Shown: one piece after another, positions 17,543-25,588 of the stretch
How positions within the stretch are numbered: position 1 is the stretch's first letter
Layout: each line of letters opens with the position of its first letter
Origin: a virus
Taxonomy: Duplodnaviria; Caudoviricetes
Direction: 5' to 3' (one strand)
IMG/VR virus record: IMGVR_UViG_3300031992_000021
Location: 98,951 to 162,950 of that record
DNA: 64,000 bases
Program-made: the position numbers and the translations under genes
Notes under the pieces: model-generated
What the model was told of the DNA's origin: nothing
Database searches by the model: none
The model's input: only the letters and a program-made list of their open reading frames with translations

Positions 17543-17636
17543 TGGCGGAGAGGGGGAGTCTTGAAATCCCACGGGGCCTTGCGACCCGTACTGGATGCTT
17601 TCGAGGCATCTTCCTTGCCTTTAGGATTACCTCTCC
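17543..17636 (-). tRNA. tRNA-Ser(CGA)
   Basis: Loop CTCGAAA, long variable arm, G73, CCA. Confidence 0.82.
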
Positions 17637-17640
17637 AAAA

Positions 17641-17724
17641 TGGTGGGACTGAGAGGACTCGAACCTCCACGCCGAAGCACTACCACCTCAAGGTAGCGTG
17701 TACTGCCAATTTCACCACAGTCCC
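17641..17724 (-). tRNA. tRNA-Leu(GAG)
   Basis: Loop TTGAGGT, long variable arm, CCA. Confidence 0.88.
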
Positions 17725-17737
17725 GTTAAATCGAATA

Positions 17738-17814
17738 TGGCAGCTCCTGGGGGACTCGAACCCCGCATTTCCTGGCTGAGAACCAGGCGTACTGACCGAT
17801 TATACGAAGGAGCC
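17738..17814 (-). tRNA. tRNA-Glu(CTC)
   Basis: Loop TTCTCAG, CCA. Confidence 0.88.
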
Positions 17815-17817
17815 ACT

Positions 17818-17895
17818 TGGTAGCGGCAGCGGGGATCGAACCCGCAGATTCCTCCTTGAAAGGGAGGTGGCTCTAACCGGTTTGCCTATGCCGCC
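17818..17895 (-). tRNA. tRNA-Glu(TTC)
   Basis: Loop CTTTCAA, CCA. Confidence 0.88.
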
Positions 17896-17903
17896 ACTTA
17901 AAA

Positions 17904-17989
17904 TGGTCGTGCGTCAGGGTATCGAACCCCGCCTCCCCTAGGGGCCCAGATTTACAGTCTGGTGGCCGTCCTTAGACCTATACCGCACG
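17904..17989 (-). tRNA. tRNA-Tyr(GTA) with C1-G72
   Basis: Loop CTGTAAA, long variable arm, acceptor CGTGCG/CGCACG-A-CCA. Confidence 0.82.
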
Positions 17990-17990
17990 T

Positions 17991-18065
17991 TGGCTCTAGG
18001 GGCCGGAGTCGAACCGGCAACCACCGCATTAACAGTGCGGCGCACTACCATTGTGCTACCCTAGA
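17991..18065 (-). tRNA. tRNA-Asn(GTT), first gene of the array
   Basis: Loop CTGTTAA, U1-A72, G73, CCA. Confidence 0.92.
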
Positions 18066-18082
18066 ATCGAAATCTTCTTCCA

Positions 18083-18095
18083 GTTGTCAAAGAGC
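18083..18095 (-). promoter_or_regulatory. rrn-type boxA antitermination element
   Basis: Minus strand GCTCTTTGACAAC about 18 nt before tRNA-Asn; matches the rRNA-leader boxA consensus (GCTCTTTAACA). Confidence 0.7.
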
Positions 18096-18120
18096 GAAGT
18101 GGTTCTTTTGCATGTGCCAC

Positions 18121-18161
18121 AAAAACATTCAGGCGACCCTGCTTTTTCTCGCGGGGCCGCC
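18121..18161 (-). terminator. Attenuator terminator hairpin of the tRNA-array leader
   Basis: GGCGGCCCCGC-gagaaaaa-GCAGGGTCGCC followed by tgaatgttttt. Confidence 0.6.
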
Positions 18162-18192
18162 TTCCTTCTCTTCCTGTCAGATCGATTATGCT

Positions 18193-18333
18193 TCAGCAAT
18201 CCAAGCCTGACACCGGCAGCCCCGCTTTCTGGCTAATATCTTCACAATAGCCAGATCCAAGCCACTCGTTTGAGAGCGACTTGGCTTGCAACAGATTCTG
18301 CTGCTTTGCGACTATGGATGTGCTAACGAACAT
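18193..18333 (-). CDS. Putative 46-aa leader peptide of the tRNA array
   Basis: MFVSTSIVAKQQNLLQAKSLSNEWLGSGYCEDISQKAGLPVSGLDC*; lies between promoter and terminator; codons 37-40 are complementary to the terminator 5' arm. Confidence 0.65.
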   Translation of the reverse strand: MFVSTSIVAKQQNLLQAKSLSNEWLGSGYCEDISQKAGLPVSGLDC

Positions 18334-18356
18334 TTCTTATCTCACTGACACCGCAT

Positions 18357-18386
18357 AGTATATCAAAAACCGGATGTGCGTGTCAA
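18357..18386 (-). promoter_or_regulatory. Sigma70-type promoter TTGACA-N18-TATACT (extended -10) for the tRNA array
   Basis: Minus strand ttgaca cgcacatccggtttttga tatact. Confidence 0.8.
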
Positions 18387-18411
18387 TGGCCATGATCGGA
18401 GTATAGTCCTT

Positions 18412-18642
18412 TCAGAAGAATACAAGGTAAAAAGGCCACAGAAGGATGAACTTGAGCTTCTCCCTAAAGCCCATCGGAGGCAGCGAAACGCCGTGAACCC
18501 GAGCCCTTCTCCTGCACTCGATGTCATGCGCTTCGCAGACGATCCACATAAGGGAAGCGCCTGCGAGGTATATGAACATGAGGAATATGGCAATGTTTTT
18601 CACGGAAAATATTATATCAGATTGGAAGGCAAAATCACACAT
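18412..18642 (-). CDS. Small membrane protein
   Basis: Hydrophobic helix and C-terminal LLWPFYLVFF. Confidence 0.5.
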   Translation of the reverse strand: MCDFAFQSDIIFSVKNIAIFLMFIYLAGASLMWIVCEAHDIECRRRARVHGVSLPPMGFREKLKFILLWPFYLVFF

Positions 18643-18643
18643 G

Positions 18644-18895
18644 TCACTCCAGTTTGATGTATTTATACGGTATTTTCCCCCATACGCAGATCTCGTCAAG
18701 CTCTGGCTGCCAAGTTGTTATCCTGACGTCCTGGTAATCCCTTCTAAATGCGTCTATGTCCACCGATACGAGCGCAAGATCCCTCCACCAGCTGTACCTT
18801 CCCTCGCTAAGGCACACGAAGTTGTACCTTGGAACAAGCCCATTCTCCATTATCGACGCAAGGTTCTCTCGAGGAGTCCTATGGTATAGAGTCAC
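18644..18895 (-). CDS. Small ADP-ribosyltransferase/KptA(Tpt1)-fold protein
   Basis: LYHRT..NLASIMENGLVP...VCLS...E...IP matches the LYHGT..I...GL.P..V.LS pattern of the NAD-binding ART lobe. Confidence 0.5.
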   Translation of the reverse strand: MTLYHRTPRENLASIMENGLVPRYNFVCLSEGRYSWWRDLALVSVDIDAFRRDYQDVRITTWQPELDEICVWGKIPYKYIKLE

Positions 18896-20650
18896 TTAGA
18901 CCTCCTTTGGATCGAGCCTGTCGTCGATCGGCGCCTCGTCGTTGGTAAGGCCTCCGCCGAACGCGCTCTCGGGAATCATGTCGTCCACGGACAGACCGAG
19001 AAGCTTCATGGCCACCATGCTCGCAAAGCAGAGCGCATGGCAGAAGTCGTCCGGATGCGACGCGTTCCTCAGATACAGCCTGTGCGTCATGCCGCCGACC
19101 TCGGTCGTTGTCTCGTAGGGCGACAGCAGGTCGTCGGTGTAGATGTCGAACCCGTCCTTCGGGAAGAAGATCCTTCCGTTCCTGATAGCTAAAAAAAGGG
19201 TGTCCAACGCCATGACCTTGTCGATGGTCCAGCACTGCACGACGTTCGTCCTGCCTCTGGACTGGTTCTTTCCGAAGAGCTTCAGCTGCCTAGTGTACTG
19301 CATCTGTACGATCGGGAGCCCGAACCGCTTTGCCAGTATCTGGTTCTTGTCGAGACCCATGCCGGCGTCGGCAGCAACGGCGACGACGTTGTAGAACCGG
19401 CATATCTTGGCGATGTCGGTCATCTGCTCGTCCGGATCGTACCCGCGGTATCTCCTGGCCCACAGCGTGTCTATGCGGCCGTTCGGACGTATTCCTATGA
19501 CAGTTATGACCGTGAACGAGCTAAGTTCTGCCCCACCCCAGTCGATGCCGGCAACGATGAAGCTGTAGCGTCCGGGATTGGTCTTGACCTCCTCCTGAAG
19601 GCGCTTGGTAGACGGAAGCACGCTCTGCTGCTTGATGTGGTGCCTCGTGAGCAGCCTCTGACCGACTGAGTAGGATATTCCGAGGTTTTCCTGGATGAAC
19701 GTGGCGAGAGTCCCTGTCGTGAGCTTCCTGAGGAGCTTCTGCCAGTTGTTCATGTCGTCCACGATCGCAGGACAGACAACCTGGGGGATGTGGTATCCCC
19801 TGAAGCTGTACATCCTGTCCTCGTAGCCTCCTACCCACTGCCCGTTCCTGACGTTTATGCGCTTTCCGCAGTGAAGGCAGTGGAGACCGTCGGCGCCGAT
19901 CATCTTGAGGACGCCTCCGTCGAGGTTCGGTATGGCCCACGTTCCGCACCCCTCGCACTTCATGACCCACTCGCACATTGAGCTCTTCTGCCACAGGGTC
20001 TCGATGTAGTTTTCGGTAACTTTGGCCGTTCCGGTGAACCTGCGGCATCCGTACTTGGACGATGTGAGCGATTCGGAGATGATGGGGACCGTCTCGTCCG
20101 TCTGGTCCTGGATCTCGTCGAAGTCGATCATGTCCGCCATGATACCGCGGGCGCGGTCGGCCGAAGTCTTGGCGTAGGTGAGCTGTATGCCGGCGCCGTT
20201 TGCGAACGTCTGGTGCCCAGTGGCACTTATGATCTTCGCATCGGACAGGACGCCGGCCATGCTCTTGGACTGGAGCTTCTGCGCCAAGGGGCAAGACCGA
20301 ATGGCCTCAGTCAGGTAAAGGTCGCTGTAGCGGCGCGTCTGTTCCTGCAGCGGAGCTACGTACAGCAGCTGGAACTGCGGGATGCAGAGCGGTATGAACA
20401 CCTCGCTCCTCGACAGGGTCATCGACTTGCCAAGCTGACGGCCAGACATTATGATGAGGTCGGGATAGAGCTTCTTCTCGAAAAGTACGTCGAACTGCGG
20501 CCTGTCCTTCAGGCTGAAAGGCTCACCCTTCACCCTGAACAGGTGCGGCAGGAGCGCGGCGTTGTTCGTGGCGTTTATCTGGGCCGCTATCTCGCTGTTC
20601 TTGACGAGCGACGGAACCTTCTTGATGATCTCTCGGTCTATCGACGCCAT
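18896..20650 (-). CDS. terL: Terminase large subunit (GpA-like)
   Basis: Walker A GRQLGKS, YVAP, RARG...DFDEIQD Walker B, CxxC..CxxC zinc insert, nuclease AGIDWGG..ADAG..DDFCHA. Confidence 0.9.
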   Translation of the reverse strand: MASIDREIIKKVPSLVKNSEIAAQINATNNAALLPHLFRVKGEPFSLKDRPQFDVLFEKKLYPDLIIMSGRQLGKSMTLSRSEVFIPLCIPQFQLLYVAPLQEQTRRYSDLYLTEAIRSCPLAQKLQSKSMAGVLSDAKIISATGHQTFANGAGIQLTYAKTSADRARGIMADMIDFDEIQDQTDETVPIISESLTSSKYGCRRFTGTAKVTENYIETLWQKSSMCEWVMKCEGCGTWAIPNLDGGVLKMIGADGLHCLHCGKRINVRNGQWVGGYEDRMYSFRGYHIPQVVCPAIVDDMNNWQKLLRKLTTGTLATFIQENLGISYSVGQRLLTRHHIKQQSVLPSTKRLQEEVKTNPGRYSFIVAGIDWGGAELSSFTVITVIGIRPNGRIDTLWARRYRGYDPDEQMTDIAKICRFYNVVAVAADAGMGLDKNQILAKRFGLPIVQMQYTRQLKLFGKNQSRGRTNVVQCWTIDKVMALDTLFLAIRNGRIFFPKDGFDIYTDDLLSPYETTTEVGGMTHRLYLRNASHPDDFCHALCFASMVAMKLLGLSVDDMIPESAFGGGLTNDEAPIDDRLDPKEV

Positions 20651-20652
20651 GG

Positions 20653-21867
20653 CTACCTCTCAATCGCATCCGCTATCTGAGCGTCGATGATCTCGGTCGC
20701 CACCTGCTTTCCGGCGTCCTGTATGTGCGTCTTGTCGATTGCCTGCTGGCTCTCGATGCGTGACTGGATATCGTTGTCGGTGATCATGCCTGCCCCGCCG
20801 ACCACGAGTTCGCGCATCTTCGGAGCGGCCACTCCGAGGAGCGCCAGGAACGCCTCCGCCATCTCTCCGCCCTCTCCGCCGTCCTTGCGGTCGTCGGAGA
20901 TGTACTTCATGTGAGCGGAGTAGGCGGCGAGAACCCTTGCCACGTCCTCGTGGGCTATGGTGCCTGTGAACAGATCGGAAAGGAGCCTGGAGATCGAGGA
21001 CTTCCACGAAATCTCCATCATGTGCATGAGGCTCGTGTCCTTCAGTCCATGAGCCGTCCTCTCCCATCTCCACAGGTAGATAAGGGCCTCGTACCCCATC
21101 GTGGCGCCAACCGCCTTCCACACGTCGCTGTCCTTCGCGATAGGACGCCCGTCCTGTACGCAGAATCCGTCGCGGTCGATTTCCTCCCACTTCCTGAGAA
21201 AAGCCTTGAGCGGACCCCACGGCATCGCCATCTTCATCCTGAGCTGAGTAGACGGATGCGGCTCGAAGTTATCGTCCCGGCAGTTGAAGTACAGCCTCTC
21301 GTACGCCTCTATCGCCGGCTGCGAACTGGGCAAGCCGATGAGGTCCATGGTTATCACGTCAATGCCGATCTCCGTCAGCAGAAGCGCCTCAATGCGCTTT
21401 TTCATCGCCGACTCGCTGTCGACCTCCTCATACCATCTCTGGGCAAGCTTCAATGGGACTTTTTCGTCCGTGGTCGGCACTCCGTCCGCATTGTCGTTCA
21501 TGAACATCAGCTTCTTCATTATCCATTCGTCAAGAGCAAACGCCCTGTATTCTGGATGGGTGTCGAACGGGTGAAGCGGAGTGTGTATCTTTTCTGTTAC
21601 AGTAACAGTCTTTTTATGAGAGTTTTTCTTCTTCTTTGCCGGTTTCTTGGATTTAGACGACTTTGAGCCCTTCTCGTTAACAGATACCTCACGCGTTACA
21701 GTACGCGTTACTGTAACGCATCCGGTCTTCGCCAGGTATGAAAGACCGTCCTTGTTCCACCTTCCGTTTGCGAATAGATATTGGGCCAAAATCGACCTCC
21801 ACGCAGGATTGTACTGGCAGGGGTCGTCAACTGGCGTTACGATATCTCCGTATTCGAGAAGGTCCAC
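20653..21867 (-). CDS. Hypothetical protein immediately upstream of terL
   Basis: 404-aa ORF 2 nt from terL start; IEAYERLYFN motif; Lys-rich insert. Confidence 0.7.
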   Translation of the reverse strand: MDLLEYGDIVTPVDDPCQYNPAWRSILAQYLFANGRWNKDGLSYLAKTGCVTVTRTVTREVSVNEKGSKSSKSKKPAKKKKNSHKKTVTVTEKIHTPLHPFDTHPEYRAFALDEWIMKKLMFMNDNADGVPTTDEKVPLKLAQRWYEEVDSESAMKKRIEALLLTEIGIDVITMDLIGLPSSQPAIEAYERLYFNCRDDNFEPHPSTQLRMKMAMPWGPLKAFLRKWEEIDRDGFCVQDGRPIAKDSDVWKAVGATMGYEALIYLWRWERTAHGLKDTSLMHMMEISWKSSISRLLSDLFTGTIAHEDVARVLAAYSAHMKYISDDRKDGGEGGEMAEAFLALLGVAAPKMRELVVGGAGMITDNDIQSRIESQQAIDKTHIQDAGKQVATEIIDAQIADAIER

Positions 21868-21875
21868 GATCCGTC

Positions 21876-22205
21876 CTAAGATATTTCGGGGCTCCCGTAC
21901 ATTTCAAACATCTGAGGCCAATCTTCGTCACCCCTGCAGGAGAAACCCCACTGGTCGGGTTTCATCCTTATCAGCAGTGCGACCACCTCTCCGTTCGAGT
22001 CCCTCCACTGAATGGCGCCTACTCCGTTGGACCTGAAAAGTACGTCTTTCCTGTCAAAACCCATCACCGTCACAAGGTTGGACGGATCCGGAGCGGCCTC
22101 GTGAACATCCGCCCCTTTGTCGGGCACGGCATTAGGGACGGACACAGAAACGCCAGTCCCGTCCTTGCGGACTCTCACATCCCTCTCTACCGGCATCAAG
22201 CTCAC
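21876..22205 (-). CDS. Hypothetical protein
   Basis: 109-aa ORF in operon. Confidence 0.55.
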   Translation of the reverse strand: MSLMPVERDVRVRKDGTGVSVSVPNAVPDKGADVHEAAPDPSNLVTVMGFDRKDVLFRSNGVGAIQWRDSNGEVVALLIRMKPDQWGFSCRGDEDWPQMFEMYGSPEIS

Positions 22206-23134
22206 CTGAACGCCTCCATGCCAGGAGTGAAGCCTCCACCGATGTATGTCTGGACAGGGTTCTGCGAAGGCTCCATCGCCTTTACCGCGTCATGCGCACT
22301 AGTCCAGAGATCACCATAGGAAATCCCTTTCTTGAAACCATTCAGGACGCAGATGGTGAGAAAACCTCCGCGACTGCCTCCGTAAGAATACTCGATCTCC
22401 TTGCACCCGCTCCAGCATAGCAGACGAGGGTTCTGCCCCCTCTCCCCGGAAAGGGCTCGGGCGACAATGTGCCTGTCCGGCCGGAACGTGAAGCCGGACG
22501 AACGCACCAGGTCTTCGGCCTCAACGAGAAGTCCCATGTTGTTGAATCCGAGGGCCTTTGCTCTTTCCTTAACGTCAACAACGACTTCCACATTCGGATT
22601 TACCGGCTTTCTGACAGTCCTGAACATTGTGGCCGAATGGCAGGCGTCGAAATACAGGAACACGCGCCCCTTGCACTTGCTTACGATACCCCATATCTCG
22701 TCGTCCAGCATGTGGGAGTCGTACAGGCACAGATACTCGTCCATCCTGTCGGCGCCGTCGGGCTCCTTGCCGCCGAGGTATTCCTGGCCGCCGTGTCCCG
22801 AATAGAAGAACAGAAACAGCCCGTCCTCACCGGTGCCATCGATGCCCTCCTTGAGCTTCGACACGACAGCGGCCTTCGTGGCCTGCTCGGATATGAGGGT
22901 ATCTCCCTTGTACCCGAAGATCTGACTCATGAGAGCCGACAGATGCTTCGCGTCGATCTCGCATCCGGGACACTCCCCGAAACGCTGAGACTTCTCCATT
23001 CCTACGCAGAGGTAGGACACCTTCGACCCTCCGCCAGACGCGTCAGCCGGCCCGGTCGGCTGAGTGGTCTGCGTGACGTTCCCGGAGTTGAAGCACCCCG
23101 AAAGAACCGATGCTGCCAATATCAACGACTTCAT
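22202..23134 (-). CDS. Caspase-family (C14, metacaspase-like) peptidase with lipoprotein signal
   Basis: MKSLILAASVLSG-C lipobox; GCEIDA, catalytic FYSGHGGQ and FDACHSAT, SGC..E.S..GG.LT, QNPV. Confidence 0.88.
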   Translation of the reverse strand: MKSLILAASVLSGCFNSGNVTQTTQPTGPADASGGGSKVSYLCVGMEKSQRFGECPGCEIDAKHLSALMSQIFGYKGDTLISEQATKAAVVSKLKEGIDGTGEDGLFLFFYSGHGGQEYLGGKEPDGADRMDEYLCLYDSHMLDDEIWGIVSKCKGRVFLYFDACHSATMFRTVRKPVNPNVEVVVDVKERAKALGFNNMGLLVEAEDLVRSSGFTFRPDRHIVARALSGERGQNPRLLCWSGCKEIEYSYGGSRGGFLTICVLNGFKKGISYGDLWTSAHDAVKAMEPSQNPVQTYIGGGFTPGMEAFR

Positions 23135-23167
23135 TGTGATTCTCCTTTGTTTTGGATTTCCAAGCTG

Positions 23168-23434
23168 TCACTTGTGAGAGAACCTTCTCGGACCTCCCCA
23201 CGTCGTAAGGTTACGAAGCTCCCACCGATTGCATCCGCCATCGGCGAAAAGGAGCTTCTCGCGCTCCTCGTATGAACACCTGTGTTCACAAGTTGTGCAG
23301 GACTTCCGCGGAGAGAACTTCTCGCACGCAAGGCCTTTTATCTCCGACAGAACGACCTTACCGTCGTCTGTTTTCGTCAAGCACAGCGATTTCCCGTCTC
23401 TGCGCCTGTAGCGTGTACACCATTGGCACGTCAT
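23168..23434 (-). CDS. Cys-rich small protein
   Basis: Two CxxC...C...C repeats. Confidence 0.55.
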   Translation of the reverse strand: MTCQWCTRYRRRDGKSLCLTKTDDGKVVLSEIKGLACEKFSPRKSCTTCEHRCSYEEREKLLFADGGCNRWELRNLTTWGGPRRFSHK

Positions 23435-23475
23435 TTCAGCATTTTTCTCCTTGCCCTTAATGAGCTACAGGAAGA

Positions 23476-23504
23476 ATAATACAATATCTTGAACTTGCAG
23501 TCAA
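23476..23504 (-). promoter_or_regulatory. Sigma70-type promoter TTGACT-N17-TATTAT
   Basis: Intergenic AT-rich minus-strand match with 17-nt spacer. Confidence 0.55.
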
Positions 23505-23543
23505 GCACGCACGCCCCCGAAGACGTGCCAAGCCATGCGGAAA

Positions 23544-23861
23544 TCATGACTTCGGTCTCTTCTTCCAAGAGGTCTTTCCGGGCTTCCAGAGCCTGCATAT
23601 CTTGCCGTCCCTCTGGCAGTCAAGAGAACACTTCCCCTTTCTCGAAGGAGTGTTTCCGTCCGCAAAATACTCGCCCCTCTCCCAGTACCGGCAGTTGGAA
23701 CACCGCTTCTTCATCCTGAAGTCGGGACAGATCTGCTTGTTGTAGGGACGCTCCTCCCCCGGCTTTCTCCTGTAGAACTTTACGTCGCTGTGGCCCGGAT
23801 GTACGCACCGGCCGTACGGGCACCCTCCATACTGGAGATTCTCGCATCTATGGCAATCCAT
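23544..23861 (-). CDS. Cys-rich small protein
   Basis: CHRC...C...CP / CSNCRYW...C...C repeat. Confidence 0.55.
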   Translation of the reverse strand: MDCHRCENLQYGGCPYGRCVHPGHSDVKFYRRKPGEERPYNKQICPDFRMKKRCSNCRYWERGEYFADGNTPSRKGKCSLDCQRDGKICRLWKPGKTSWKKRPKS

Positions 23862-24144
23862 ATCGAGCCCCCCCTTAGAATGTGCCCTTTATTCCGACAA
23901 ACACGACTGGACGCGGTCTCTTCCCTCCAGTGTCAATCATCTTGACGGTAGCCCATGGACGCACCGTAAGCCCGACGTCCGCGCTTTTTCGCGGCGGACC
24001 GAAAGCCTCAAGCTCCTCTTTCGACAATGGCTTGTTCCGGCTCCATACGATCATCTTGTCCAAGACCGACAAATCATCCCCTGAATCCTCCTGGGGCTGA
24101 CTCTTCCTAAGCATGACATCATCTGCTTCCACGAAAATCTCCTT

Positions 24145-25587
24145 TCACCATTCGTTGTCAGAACCCCATTCGTCAGATTCGCCGTCGAACCTGTCCGCGC
24201 CGGCGAAACCATTGGGGTTGTACGAGAACGAAGATCCAGGCTCAGCTCCGTCATCTTCAATCTCGTCTTCGTCGTCTTCGTCGTCTACTCCCACAGACTC
24301 CCTCTCGAGGTCAAAGCGGTTTGCGTCGTCAACGCATTCCGCCCCTTCCGGACTGTATCGGTCAAGGGCGCTTGTGAACATGAGAGCCTCGACAGGGGTG
24401 AGAAGCCCGGCCTTGAGGTCTGCGCATATCTCCTCCGAAGATTCATACGGGACTATCTTCCCGTCTTCGATGTCGTCAAGTATCTGCTCGACCGTATTGT
24501 ATTCGCGAGCCTTCCTTACGACATCAGACTTAGCCTTCTTAGTCTTGCGCCTCTTCGGACTCTGCTTGCCACCGCCTGAATGGTCATTTGTTTCAGTAAC
24601 GGTTACTGTAACATTATCGCTATCTTGCGTACGCTCGGAAACGGCGACCTCTTTACCGTCTTTTTTGCAGATAGCAGTCTTTGACTCGCAACCCTCCAAA
24701 ATGGGGGTATTGGAAATACCCTTGTCTGTGGACTGGCCCGAATCGGAACCATCAATATCTTGGTTTACGGAAGCGTTGTTCTCCTGTCCAGGCCATACCA
24801 ACGGGAGTTCAGGCTGCATCTCTCTCAGCCTTTTCTCCTCTTCTTCCTTCTTGCGCTTCTTCTCCTGCTCTGCCTTTGACATCCTTCTGGGAGACGGGTC
24901 AGGTATGCAGCCGGCGAGCTTTTCTGCCCTGTCTATGCACTGGTCCATTCCCTTTACGAACCAAGGTAGGAGCGGAGACTTCTCCTTGTGCAGGCAGTCA
25001 CGTGCCTTTATGACGAGAAGGCGTATCTTGAACGCCCTCATGTCTCCGGTGTCTATGGCGTGCTCGAACTTCTCCCTTGCGTAGTTGGCCACGTAGTTTC
25101 CGAACAGACAGCGTATGATGGACTCCGCCATGTCTGCCACAGACTGCTCTGCCGCCGTGACTGGCTGTCTCTGGTACGGTATCTTCGCGCTGTTCGGAAG
25201 CCCGTGCTCCTCCCTGAACAGGCACTGGCGAACCCTGTCCCTCCGTATGCAGGCTCTCATCGCCGAGAACCATCTGGAGCACGCGTCGGAACATACGTCA
25301 AGGATTCGCCTGGCCGATTCTGCAAGCGCTTCGTCCGCCGCAGGATCTCCCTCGCATGTCACTGCGTGCTCTATCTTGAGCTCAGGGACGGCCGACATGG
25401 GCATCACCTGCATCCTCGTCTTCAAGATATCGATATCCGGACCGCCGTCAGGCTTTACGAACGATATCTGTGAGAACGACGCCCCAGAACCGAAATCCAT
25501 GCCTATCTGGACTTCGGATACGGAGGGTTCGAGAGGAACAAGGCTAGACGGCCTTACTCCAGATATGATGACTGGAGCGGCCGGCAT
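24145..25587 (-). CDS. Hypothetical protein with acidic C-terminus
   Basis: 480-aa ORF in operon. Confidence 0.65.
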   Translation of the reverse strand: MPAAPVIISGVRPSSLVPLEPSVSEVQIGMDFGSGASFSQISFVKPDGGPDIDILKTRMQVMPMSAVPELKIEHAVTCEGDPAADEALAESARRILDVCSDACSRWFSAMRACIRRDRVRQCLFREEHGLPNSAKIPYQRQPVTAAEQSVADMAESIIRCLFGNYVANYAREKFEHAIDTGDMRAFKIRLLVIKARDCLHKEKSPLLPWFVKGMDQCIDRAEKLAGCIPDPSPRRMSKAEQEKKRKKEEEEKRLREMQPELPLVWPGQENNASVNQDIDGSDSGQSTDKGISNTPILEGCESKTAICKKDGKEVAVSERTQDSDNVTVTVTETNDHSGGGKQSPKRRKTKKAKSDVVRKAREYNTVEQILDDIEDGKIVPYESSEEICADLKAGLLTPVEALMFTSALDRYSPEGAECVDDANRFDLERESVGVDDEDDEDEIEDDGAEPGSSFSYNPNGFAGADRFDGESDEWGSDNEW

Positions 25588-25588
25588 C

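Noticed and set aside
22202-23134. Metacaspase as the K-x-A maturation protease
   Set aside because: Its lipoprotein signal implies export, away from capsid assembly; no supporting evidence
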